NCBI GenBank assembly: GCA_016125355.1
Contig: WGLX01000015.1
Span: 19,044 to 83,043 of the forward strand
Reading direction: 5' to 3'
Source: Actinomycetales bacterium
GTDB lineage: Bacteria > Actinomycetota > Actinomycetes > S36-B12
Length of the DNA stretch: 64,000 nucleotides
Position numbers and translations under genes: made by a program. Of the stretch, positions 9,116-18,240 are shown in pieces. Positions within the stretch are counted from its first letter, which is position 1, and the number at the start of each line of letters is the position of its first letter. A model generated the notes under the pieces. It searched no databases, had not been told where the DNA came from, and worked only from the letters and a program-made list of their open reading frames with translations.

Positions 9116-10377
9116 CCGTGACCGTGGACGCGCCGGACGTCGCGGCGGTCCAGCGCCGCGCCGTGGCCACGCTGTCGAGCGGCCAGGTGTTCAGCGGGAT
9201 TGCGATCGCGGGGTCCATTCCCGCGGGCTCGCTGATCGCCGCGTCGATCGCCGACAGCGAAGCGGTCGCGGGCCTCGCGCAGACGGCCGGCGTCGTCGGG
9301 GCGGCCGTGCTGGCGCTCCCGCTGGCACGGATCGCCCTCAGCCGGGGTCGCCGTGCTGCCCTGGCCACCGGCTACGGCATCGGAGCCGTGGGCGCCGTCA
9401 TCGTCGTTGTCGCTGCGGTCACCCGGTCGCTTCCTCTGATCCTCGTCGGCTGCTTCGCGGTCGGCGTGGCCAGTGCCTCCGGCTACCAGGCCCGCTATGC
9501 CGCGACCGACCTGGCGACCGAGCACCATCGCGCCCGTGCCCTGTCATGGGTGGTCTGGGCCGGCACGGTCGGGGCCGTGGCGGGGCCGAACCTCCTGAAC
9601 GCCTCCGGCAACCTCGGGCTGGCCCTGGGGCTGCCGCAGCTGTCCGGGCCCTATGTGGTCGCCGCCGGGTGTCTCACCGTGACCGTGGCCCTGCTGCTCG
9701 TCCTCCTGAGGCCAGACCCGTACCTGACCGCCCTCGCGCACCGGGCCTCGCGAGGCGAGCCCTCGCACCGGCCCCGCCTCCGCGACGGCATCGAGCACCT
9801 GAGGGGCCGCCCGCGCGCGGTCCTCGGCATCGGCGCGATCGCGGTCGGGCACGTCGTCATGGTCATGGTGATGGTCATGACGCCCGTGCACATGGCCCAT
9901 GTGGACGTCACCCTCCAGCTCATCGGCTTGGTGATCAGCGTCCACGTGGCGGGCATGTACGCCCTGTCGCCGGTCGTCGGCTGGGCCGTCGACCGGTTCG
10001 GCCGCCTGCAGGTCGTCGTCGGGGGCATCGGCATCCTCGCGGCCGCATGCGTCATCGCCGGCCTCGCACCGGGAGACAACGTGCCGATGCTCGGCGTCGG
10101 GCTGTTCCTCCTGGGACTGGGCTGGTCGTGCACCCTGATCGCCGGGTCGACGATCGTCACCGACGAGGTCGAGGCGACCGAGCGCCCGGCGGTCCAGGGC
10201 CTGTCCGACCTCGTGATGAACGCGGCCGGGGCGCTCGGCGGCATCGTCGCCGGCATCGTGGTCTTCGCGTCGTCCTATGCGGTCCTCAACGCGGTGGCCC
10301 TCATCCCACTGGTCGGTCTCGGCATCGCCGTGTCGCTCCCGGCGTGTCGCTCGCATTCGAACACCCGTTCGATATAG
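9112..10377 (+). CDS. MFS transporter (12-TM type)
   Basis: 421 aa, highly hydrophobic with MFS-like repeat organisation. The ATG overlaps the sulfotransferase stop. Confidence 0.8.
   Translation: MTVTVDAPDVAAVQRRAVATLSSGQVFSGIAIAGSIPAGSLIAASIADSEAVAGLAQTAGVVGAAVLALPLARIALSRGRRAALATGYGIGAVGAVIVVVAAVTRSLPLILVGCFAVGVASASGYQARYAATDLATEHHRARALSWVVWAGTVGAVAGPNLLNASGNLGLALGLPQLSGPYVVAAGCLTVTVALLLVLLRPDPYLTALAHRASRGEPSHRPRLRDGIEHLRGRPRAVLGIGAIAVGHVVMVMVMVMTPVHMAHVDVTLQLIGLVISVHVAGMYALSPVVGWAVDRFGRLQVVVGGIGILAAACVIAGLAPGDNVPMLGVGLFLLGLGWSCTLIAGSTIVTDEVEATERPAVQGLSDLVMNAAGALGGIVAGIVVFASSYAVLNAVALIPLVGLGIAVSLPACRSHSNTRSI
10357..10372. promoter_or_regulatory. LexA operator (SOS box) of recA
   Basis: TCGAACACCCGTTCGA is a perfect match to the actinobacterial SOS consensus TCGAAC-N4-GTTCGA. 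It lies within the last codons of the MFS gene, about 170 nt upstream of the recA ATG, and is followed by TATAGG. Confidence 0.85.
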
Positions 10378-10434
10378 GTTCAGGTCATCCTCGAACGGGG
10401 TCAGCCGGCCACAGCCCGGCGGGCACCGTGGCCG

Positions 10435-10457
10435 ATGTCAGACCCGGCGCCTAGCGT
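10435..10457 (+). promoter_or_regulatory. RecA-NDp (PafBC-type, LexA-independent) promoter candidate of recA
   Basis: aTGTCAGac-N8-TAGCGT, compared with the mycobacterial RecA-NDp consensus tTGTCRgtg-N8-TAnnnT. It lies between the SOS box and the recA start, the same order as the two known mycobacterial recA promoters. Confidence 0.5.
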
Positions 10458-10542
10458 CCGGATCAGTCCTCAGTCGAGGGCCACAAGCGAACACCGCCGG
10501 CAGGAGACCCCGCCAGCGCACGTCAGTACGAAGGAGACGCAC

Positions 10543-11601
<1,059 letters not shown>

Positions 11602-11641
11602 CAGATAACGGCGAGCCGCTCGCGACGGAGGCGAACGACAG

Positions 11642-12220
11642 GTGCGCCCGACGGAGCCGACCCCGGGGTCGCCCGCAGACCAGCAACCCGAGGCCGATCC
11701 CGAGCAGGTCGCGCGGACGGTGCTGCTCCGCAGGCTCACGGCTGCTCCGCGGACCCGTCAGGATCTCCGCGACGACCTGCTGCGACGGAACATCCCCGAG
11801 GACGTGGCCGATCGGGTGCTCGATCGGTTCACCGACGTCGGGCTGATCGACGATGCGGAGTACGCCCGGATGTGGGTGGAGTCGCGGCAGCGGTCGCGCG
11901 GCGTGGCCTCCCGGGTGCTCCGACAGGAGCTGCGGCGCAAGGGGGTCGCTGACGACGAGGCCGAGGCGGCGCTGGCCGGTATCGATCCCGAGCAGGAGCG
12001 GGCTCGCGCCCGCGAGCTGGCGGAGGCGAAACTGCGGTCGATGTCCCGCTTCGCGCCCGAGGTCCGCGTGCGCCGCCTCACCTCGATGCTCTACCGGCGG
12101 GGCTATTCCGGGGAGGTCGCTCGTTCCGTGGTGCGCGAGGTGATCGACGACCTGCCGGACGACCTGTCGGACGGCCTTCAGGACGAGGTTCAGGACCAGG
12201 GTCCGGACGATCGCCGGTAG
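11642..12220 (+). CDS. recX: RecA regulator RecX
   Basis: 192 aa, GTG start, 40 nt downstream of recA. RecX-like helical repeats (RTRQDLRDDLLRRNIPEDVADRVLDRF...). Confidence 0.85.
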   Translation: MRPTEPTPGSPADQQPEADPEQVARTVLLRRLTAAPRTRQDLRDDLLRRNIPEDVADRVLDRFTDVGLIDDAEYARMWVESRQRSRGVASRVLRQELRRKGVADDEAEAALAGIDPEQERARARELAEAKLRSMSRFAPEVRVRRLTSMLYRRGYSGEVARSVVREVIDDLPDDLSDGLQDEVQDQGPDDRR

Positions 12221-12240
12221 GGCATCCCGACCTCTACGCT

Positions 12241-12990
12241 GTGCGGATGGCTGAGCCCTCCCGGGTCCCTGGGCCGAGCGCGAGCGTCGTAGCCGGCATC
12301 GCGCTGGTTCTCTGGGCCGGGTTCGCGGGGCTGACCTGGGTGGTCTCGTCCGCGGATGCGGCCACCGGCGCGCTTGGGGCCAACGGCCTGCTCGTCTCCG
12401 ACATCCGGCTGGCTGTTCGGCTGCATGAGATGGCTGTGGAGAACGCGTGGCTCGTGGGCCTTGGGCGCGTTCTCGATGTGCTGGGCAGCACGCCCTTCTG
12501 CGCTTCTCTGGTGGCCGCAGTAAGCGTGCTGCTGCTGGTCGGCGGGGCACTGAAGCGCCCATGGGATGTGTGGACCTACGCCCTGGCGGTCCTGCTGACC
12601 AGTGCCATCGGGGGCGGGCTCATCACCCCGTGGCTGAAGGCCGTGCTCGACCGCGAGCGGCCGCCCTGGAACGGGCTGTGGCTGACCGAGGAGTCGGCTT
12701 CCTTCCCCTCCGGGCACGCCCAGGCCGGGATCACCGTGTGGGTTGCGACCGGAATGGTGGTCCTCCTCGTGGGCGCCTTCGCCCGCGTGTGGTGGGTCGC
12801 GGCGCCCTTGATGGCCCTAGGGCTGTTGATCGGAGCGAGTCGGCCGATCGTCGGTGTGCACTGGCCCAGCGATGTGCTCGGCGGATGGCTCCTCGGGGGA
12901 GCATGGCTGGCCACCAGCCTGCTGGTCTGGCGGCCGTTGCTCAGACCGTCGACGGCTGGCGCAGCAGCGGCAGCACGATCGCGTCGATGA
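12241..12990 (+). CDS. PAP2-family phosphatase (membrane)
   Basis: Multi-TM protein with PAP2 motifs KxxxxxxRP (KAVLDRERPP), SFPSGHA and HWPSDVLGG. An alternative ATG lies at 12247. Confidence 0.75.
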   Translation: MRMAEPSRVPGPSASVVAGIALVLWAGFAGLTWVVSSADAATGALGANGLLVSDIRLAVRLHEMAVENAWLVGLGRVLDVLGSTPFCASLVAAVSVLLLVGGALKRPWDVWTYALAVLLTSAIGGGLITPWLKAVLDRERPPWNGLWLTEESASFPSGHAQAGITVWVATGMVVLLVGAFARVWWVAAPLMALGLLIGASRPIVGVHWPSDVLGGWLLGGAWLATSLLVWRPLLRPSTAGAAAAARSRR

Positions 12991-13543
12991 TGTGCTCGAG
13001 CTCGTCCGCCGACGGAGCCCTGCCGGTCAGGACCAGCTGGTGCACGACCATCGCGGCCGGTACCTGCATGACGACCGGGTCAACCGGATGCACGGGGATC
13101 TCGCCGCGGGCCATCGCCCGGCTGAGCATGGCGGCGAGCTCGGCCTCCTTGTCGTGTCCGAAGCGGTTCTGGAACTCCGCGCTCAGGGCCGGGTCGTGTG
13201 CGCCCTCGCCGATGAGTTCGCGCAGCACGATGCCGAGGTCCCCGTCGAGGTGCTGCGCCAACGTGGCGAGGGCCGCCAGCAGGTCGCCGCGCAGCGAGCC
13301 GGTATCGGCGCCCGGGGACGGGAGGTTCTCCTCCATCGTGGTGATGAAGACGTCGAGGGCGAGGGCGCGGACGTTGGCCCACCGGCGGTACAGGGCGGAC
13401 TTGCCGGTGCCGGCCCGGCGTGCGATCCGGTCCATGGAGGCGCCGCGCAGGCCGTTCTCGGCGATCTCCGCAAGGGCGGCCTCGAACACCGCCTCCCGCA
13501 GCACTTCGCCGCGTCGGCGGGTCACGGGGCATCGAGCGGACAT
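12941..13543 (-). CDS. TetR-family transcriptional regulator
   Basis: 200 aa. N-terminal HTH ASMDRIARRAGTGKSALYRRW. It is divergent from the MMPL gene. Confidence 0.85.
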   Translation of the reverse strand: MSARCPVTRRRGEVLREAVFEAALAEIAENGLRGASMDRIARRAGTGKSALYRRWANVRALALDVFITTMEENLPSPGADTGSLRGDLLAALATLAQHLDGDLGIVLRELIGEGAHDPALSAEFQNRFGHDKEAELAAMLSRAMARGEIPVHPVDPVVMQVPAAMVVHQLVLTGRAPSADELEHIIDAIVLPLLRQPSTV

Positions 13544-13565
13544 GGCGTCAGGGTAACACTTTTGT

Positions 13566-13579
13566 GAACGGTTCCGTTC
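13566..13579. promoter_or_regulatory. Candidate TetR operator (palindrome 1)
   Basis: GAACGGTTCCGTTC is a perfect 6-2-6 inverted repeat in the 100-bp TetR/MMPL divergent intergenic region. Confidence 0.4.
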
Positions 13580-13602
13580 CTTGATTTGACAGTTAGGGGA
13601 CG

Positions 13603-13616
13603 ATAGCGTTCGCTAT
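13603..13616. promoter_or_regulatory. Candidate TetR operator (palindrome 2)
   Basis: ATAGCGTTCGCTAT is a perfect 6-2-6 inverted repeat, 37 bp from palindrome 1 and about 43 nt upstream of the MMPL ATG. Confidence 0.4.
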
Positions 13617-13658
13617 GGTCGTGGCGCGCCGCGCCCACCCGACGTGGAAGAAGGATTC

Positions 13659-16022
13659 ATGCCCGGCCTGTCTGCTTGGGCGGTTCGCCGCCCGGTCATC
13701 GCCCTGATCTCGTACCTCGTGGCCCTGGCCGCGGTCATCTCGCTGGGAGTCTCCCTCGGCGGAACGCTGAACGACAAGTTCGAGCTGCCGGACACCGAGT
13801 CGAAGACCGCCACGGACCTGCTGGCGAGCAGTGGCACCGACACCAGCCGCCTGGACGGGGGCGCCACCATCGTGTGGTCGCCGGCCGACGGCCCGGCGGT
13901 CAGCGAGACCACGGCGGCCACCATGGTGCCGGTCCTCACCGAGATCTCCACCCTCGCGTCGGTCACCTGCGTCACGAACCCGTTCGACCCGCAGGGCCAG
14001 AACCTGGGGAGCGACTGCCCGACGGGCGGCGACCTCGATCCGAAGGCCATGCAGGCCCTCACGCCGGAGGAGCAGCAGACCCTCGCGGCGTCGTTCGCGC
14101 CGATCAGCCCGGACGGCCGCGTGGCCTACTCCACGATCAGCTTCGCGACGGACGCCGCGGGTGAGCTGAACGTCTCGACCGCCGACGCCAAGGCGATCAT
14201 CGACGCCGTCAAGGCGGCCAACGGCGACGCCATTGCTGTCGGAGCCCAGGGTCAGGTCCTCGAGTTCGCCGGTCAGGAGCCGCCGAGCAGCGAGGGCATC
14301 GGCCTGATCGTGGCGATCATCATCCTGCTCATCGCCTTCGGCTCCATCGTGGCGGTCGGCCTGCCGATCGTGCCCGCGCTGCTGGGCCTGACGATGGGGC
14401 AGATGGGCGTGCTCCTGGTCGCCAACTTCATGGACGTGGCCACCTTCGCGCCGACGCTGGCGGCGATGATCGGCCTGGGCGTGGGCATCGACTACGGCCT
14501 GTTCGTGACCAACCGCTACCGTCAGGGGCTCCTGCACGGGCACGACCCGAAGACGGCGGCCCTGGAGGCGGTCAACACCGCCGGCCGCGCCGTGCTCTTC
14601 GCAGGCTCCACCGTCATCATCGCCCTGCTGGGGCTGTTCGTCCTGGGCATCTCGTTCTTCAACGGCCTCGCCCTCGCGGCCGGCGTGACGGTCTTCGCCG
14701 TCATGCTGGCGGCCCTGTGGTTCCTCCCGGCCCTGCTGAGCCTGCTCGGCAACAAGGCACTCGCCCTGCGGCTGCCGTGGGGCAAGAAGCCCGGGTCGAT
14801 GGTCGGTCACCCGGAGGGACGTGGCTGGGCTCACTACGGCCGCATCCTCCAGCGGCGTCCGATCATCCCCGCGATCCTCGCGCTGGCCGTCGTGGTGGTG
14901 CTCGCCATCCCGATGTTCAGCCTCCGGCAGGGCTTCGCCGATGACTCCGGCAAGCCCGTCGGCTCGCCGGCCCGAATCGCGTACGACCTGCGCGCCGAGG
15001 GCTTCGGCCCGGGCATCAACGGCCCGTTCCTCGTCGTCGCGGATCTCAGTGGCGCCACCAGCCCGGATGCCTACGCGCAGATCGTGGCGGCCCTGAACAA
15101 GACCGAGGGCGTGGCGGGCACGTCGCCGAGCCTCGAGGTGCTGCCCATCCTCGGCAAGATGTCGCAGGCGGCGGCTCAGGCCGGTGGCGACGCCGCTGCC
15201 CAGGCCCCTCAGACGGTCCAGGCGATCGCCGTGTACCCGACGACCGCCCCGCAGGACGAGGCGACCACCGAGCTGCTCGACCGACTGCGCACCGAGACTG
15301 ATCCGCAGATCGAGCAGGCAACCGGGGCGAGGCTGTATGTCGGCGGCACGCAGGCGATCACCTCGGACTTCACCTCGGTGCTGCAGAGTGCCCTGCCGCT
15401 GTTCCTGGCCATCGTCATCGGGCTCGGATTCCTGGCGCTCGTGCTGCTCTTCCACTCGATCGTCGTGCCGCTCACGGCAGCCATCACCAGCCTGCTGTCC
15501 TTCGCCGCAGCGATGGGCATCACGGTGGCGGTCTTCCAGTGGGGCTGGTTCAACAGCCTGCTCGGCGTCCCCGGGACAGGACCCATCTTCCCGTTCCTGC
15601 CGATCATGGTGTTCTCGATCCTGTTCGGCCTGTCGATGGACTACCAGGTGTTCCTCGTCACCCGCATGCAGGAGGAGTGGGACCGGACGAAGGACAACCG
15701 TGCCGCCGTCCGTCGTGGCCTGGCGGGCTCGGGCCGCGTGGTCGTGATCGCTGCCGCGATCATGTCGAGCGTCTTCCTCGCCTTCGTGCCCAGCACGAAC
15801 GCGACGATCAAGCTGTTCGGCATCGCGCTGGCCTCGGCCGTCCTCATCGACGCGTTCATCGTCCGCCTGGTGCTGGTGCCCTCGCTGATGAGCATGCTGG
15901 GTCGGGCCAACTGGTGGCTCCCCGGCTGGCTGGATCGGATCCTGCCGCGCGTGCACATCGAGCCGGGCGAGGACGAGATCACCGACGACGAGCCGACGCC
16001 GGAACCCGCGCCTGTCGGCTGA
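13659..16022 (+). CDS. MMPL-family (RND superfamily) transporter
   Basis: About 787 aa with two 6-TM bundles separated by large extracytoplasmic loops. N-terminus MPGLSAWAVRRPVIAL is typical of MmpL. ATG 13659 is preceded by GAAGGA; the track start is 13644. Confidence 0.85.
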   Translation: MPGLSAWAVRRPVIALISYLVALAAVISLGVSLGGTLNDKFELPDTESKTATDLLASSGTDTSRLDGGATIVWSPADGPAVSETTAATMVPVLTEISTLASVTCVTNPFDPQGQNLGSDCPTGGDLDPKAMQALTPEEQQTLAASFAPISPDGRVAYSTISFATDAAGELNVSTADAKAIIDAVKAANGDAIAVGAQGQVLEFAGQEPPSSEGIGLIVAIIILLIAFGSIVAVGLPIVPALLGLTMGQMGVLLVANFMDVATFAPTLAAMIGLGVGIDYGLFVTNRYRQGLLHGHDPKTAALEAVNTAGRAVLFAGSTVIIALLGLFVLGISFFNGLALAAGVTVFAVMLAALWFLPALLSLLGNKALALRLPWGKKPGSMVGHPEGRGWAHYGRILQRRPIIPAILALAVVVVLAIPMFSLRQGFADDSGKPVGSPARIAYDLRAEGFGPGINGPFLVVADLSGATSPDAYAQIVAALNKTEGVAGTSPSLEVLPILGKMSQAAAQAGGDAAAQAPQTVQAIAVYPTTAPQDEATTELLDRLRTETDPQIEQATGARLYVGGTQAITSDFTSVLQSALPLFLAIVIGLGFLALVLLFHSIVVPLTAAITSLLSFAAAMGITVAVFQWGWFNSLLGVPGTGPIFPFLPIMVFSILFGLSMDYQVFLVTRMQEEWDRTKDNRAAVRRGLAGSGRVVVIAAAIMSSVFLAFVPSTNATIKLFGIALASAVLIDAFIVRLVLVPSLMSMLGRANWWLPGWLDRILPRVHIEPGEDEITDDEPTPEPAPVG

Positions 16023-16044
16023 GGGAGGAGCGGCGCACTAGCGT

Positions 16045-17646
16045 GTGCCCGTGACCATCTCGGCGGCCGCCTCGACGGATCCGAAGGCCCAGCGGCCGCC
16101 GCGCAGCGGCTGGGTGCTGTTCGCCCTTGTGGGCGGCGCGATCGTCGCCAACATCAACCTGTCGGTGGCGAATGTCGCGCTGCCGACCATCGGGGCGGAC
16201 CTCGGGGCCTCCCAGGACGAGCTCACGCTGGTGGCCAATGCCTTCGCTCTCGGCTTGGCCAGCACCGTCCTGTACCTGGGCAGTATCGGCGACCGGTACG
16301 GCCGGAAGCTGCTGTTCGTGCTGGGGGCGGTGCTCACCGTGCCGACCGCACTGCTGTCGGCCTGGGCGTGGGACCCGCAGGTGCTCATCCTCGCGCGCTA
16401 CCTCGGCGGGGTCGCGGCGGCACTGCTCTTCCCGACGACGCTGTCGCTGATCGGGGCGCTCTTCGAGGGTCGAGCCCGGGTCTCCGCCATCGCGCTGTGG
16501 TCGGGTCTCGGTGGGGGAGTGGCGGCGCTGGGGCCGGTGCTCGGCGGCTGGCTGCTCCAGTACTTCTGGTGGGGCTCCGTGTTCCTGATCACCCTCCCGC
16601 TGGTCGTTGTCGTCCTGGGAGTGGGGCTCTGGGTCCTGCCTTGGCACGCGCGCGAGGAGACCTTCCGGGTCGACCATCTGGGCGGGGTGCTCTCGGTGCT
16701 CGGCGTCGGCGGCCTCGTGCTCGTGATCGAGCACCTCGACACGGGCATCGACACCACGATGCTGGTGGCCTTGGGCGCGGTCGGGCTGACCCTCGCCGCC
16801 TTCTTCTGGCGACAGACCAGGGCCTCGCGCCCGCTCGTATCGCTGCCGCTGGCGAAGGCCCGCACCTTCTGGGTGGCCTACGTGGCCGGCGGCATCACCT
16901 TCGGCTCCCTTATCGGGGCCATGTTCATCGGACAGCAGTTCACCCAGAACGTGCTCGGCTACGACCCGCTGGTGGCGGCCGCCGTGGTCCTGCCGTCGGC
17001 CGTCTGCATGGCGCTCTTCGGGCAGCTGGCCGGCCGGATCATCCCCGCCCGGGGATCCCAGTTCACCTTCATGCTGGGCCTCGGCGCGGTCGCGGCCGCG
17101 TTCACCCTGATGCTCATCACATGGCGGGACGGCGTGTCGATCGGATGGATCCTGGCGTCCTACGCCTTCGTCGGCACGGGCGTCGGACTCGCCGCGACAC
17201 CGGCCTCCCGCTCGCTGATGGGGTCCGTTCCCCCGAGCCGCGGCGGCATGGGCTCCGCGTTCCTGGACCTCACCCGTGACCTCGGCGGGGCCGTCATGCA
17301 GGCCATCATGGGAGCCCTGCTGGCGGCCGCCTACGCCTTCCAGATCCGCACGGACCTGTCGAACCTCCCCGCCAGCGAGGCGACGAAGGTCAGCGACCAG
17401 ACGGCTCAGCAGCTGACGTCGTCCTACGAGGGCGCCGCCTCGGTCGCGTCGCGCTACGGCGAGCCGACCGCGTCGAAGATCATCGACGCCGCCTCCGTTG
17501 CCTTCACCGACGGCAAGTCGGCGGCGATGCTCGTCGCCCTGGTCATGACCCTCATCGGGATGGGCCTGGTCCTGTTCGTCTACCCGGGGCGGGGCAAGGA
17601 GGAGGCGTACTACGAGCGGGTGCAGTCGGGAGGGGTGGCGGCCTGA
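16045..17646 (+). CDS. MFS transporter, DHA2/EmrB-like (14-TM type)
   Basis: 533 aa. N-terminal region LVGGAIVANINLSVANVALPTIGADLGAS is typical of DHA2 drug:H+ antiporters. An alternative GTG lies at 16051. Confidence 0.8.
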   Translation: MPVTISAAASTDPKAQRPPRSGWVLFALVGGAIVANINLSVANVALPTIGADLGASQDELTLVANAFALGLASTVLYLGSIGDRYGRKLLFVLGAVLTVPTALLSAWAWDPQVLILARYLGGVAAALLFPTTLSLIGALFEGRARVSAIALWSGLGGGVAALGPVLGGWLLQYFWWGSVFLITLPLVVVVLGVGLWVLPWHAREETFRVDHLGGVLSVLGVGGLVLVIEHLDTGIDTTMLVALGAVGLTLAAFFWRQTRASRPLVSLPLAKARTFWVAYVAGGITFGSLIGAMFIGQQFTQNVLGYDPLVAAAVVLPSAVCMALFGQLAGRIIPARGSQFTFMLGLGAVAAAFTLMLITWRDGVSIGWILASYAFVGTGVGLAATPASRSLMGSVPPSRGGMGSAFLDLTRDLGGAVMQAIMGALLAAAYAFQIRTDLSNLPASEATKVSDQTAQQLTSSYEGAASVASRYGEPTASKIIDAASVAFTDGKSAAMLVALVMTLIGMGLVLFVYPGRGKEEAYYERVQSGGVAA

Positions 17647-18218
17647 TGTCGACCTTCGAGGGAGACGACCTCGTCCTCCACCTCGACCGACTCGACCTGC
17701 ACACGGTGCTGCCGTCGGAGTTCGAGCTGCTGGCCGTCGACCGGGCGGACCCGCGGCTCTGGGCGGACCGCGGGTTCGCGAATCCGCTGGGGCATCTCGT
17801 CGATGATCCAGGCCCGCTGCCCTATCGGCTGCCGCGCATCGAGGCCGATCCGGCCGCCGCGCCCTACCTGCTGCGCATGGCCGTGCTGCGCCAGGAGGCG
17901 ATCATCGTCGGCAGCTGCGGGTTCCACATGCTGCCGGACGACGACGGAATGATCGAGATCGGGCTCGGCGTCGTGGAGGCGTATCGCGGGCGCGGCCTTG
18001 CCCAGGAGATGCTGCACGGGATGTGGCGTTGGGTCATCGACCAGCCGGGGGTGCGGACGCTGCGGTACACCGTCAGCCCGGACAATGCGCCGTCGCAGGC
18101 GATCATCCGCAAGCTGGGGTTCGCGTACTGCGGCCAGCAGCAGGATGAGGTCGACGGACCCGAGGACATCTTCGAGATGAGCGCCGAGGAGTACCGGCGG
18201 CACTTCGTCCGGGGGTAG
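17646..18218 (+). CDS. GNAT-family N-acetyltransferase
   Basis: 190 aa. Acetyl-CoA binding segment VVEAYRGRGLAQEML (R-G-x-G-x-A type). The ATG overlaps the MFS stop (TGATG). Confidence 0.75.
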   Translation: MSTFEGDDLVLHLDRLDLHTVLPSEFELLAVDRADPRLWADRGFANPLGHLVDDPGPLPYRLPRIEADPAAAPYLLRMAVLRQEAIIVGSCGFHMLPDDDGMIEIGLGVVEAYRGRGLAQEMLHGMWRWVIDQPGVRTLRYTVSPDNAPSQAIIRKLGFAYCGQQQDEVDGPEDIFEMSAEEYRRHFVRG

Positions 18219-18240
18219 ACACCGCCGGATATATCCGACC

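Noticed and set aside
13593-15956. Very long antisense or alternative-frame ORFs in the track. Examples are 13593-15956(-), 42276-45689(-), 32284-34785(+), 51749-53842(-), 10438-11739(-), 4888-7026(+) and 508-1356(-).
   Set aside because: Each lies opposite to, or out of frame with, a gene that has strong family motifs (MMPL, NrdJ, Fhs/FdhD, M20/MDR, RecA, Lhr, PgsA). Their translations are Arg/Pro/Gly/Ala-rich low-complexity strings. That is typical of stop-codon-poor shadow frames in high-GC DNA.
16012-16044. A RecA-NDp-like TGTCGGCTG ... TAGCGT element upstream of the DHA2 MFS gene.
   Set aside because: The spacing between the TGTCGG core and TAGCGT is 18 nt rather than 8 nt. It is more simply a -10 element (TAGCGT) for a near-leaderless GTG at 16051, or just the MMPL 3' end.
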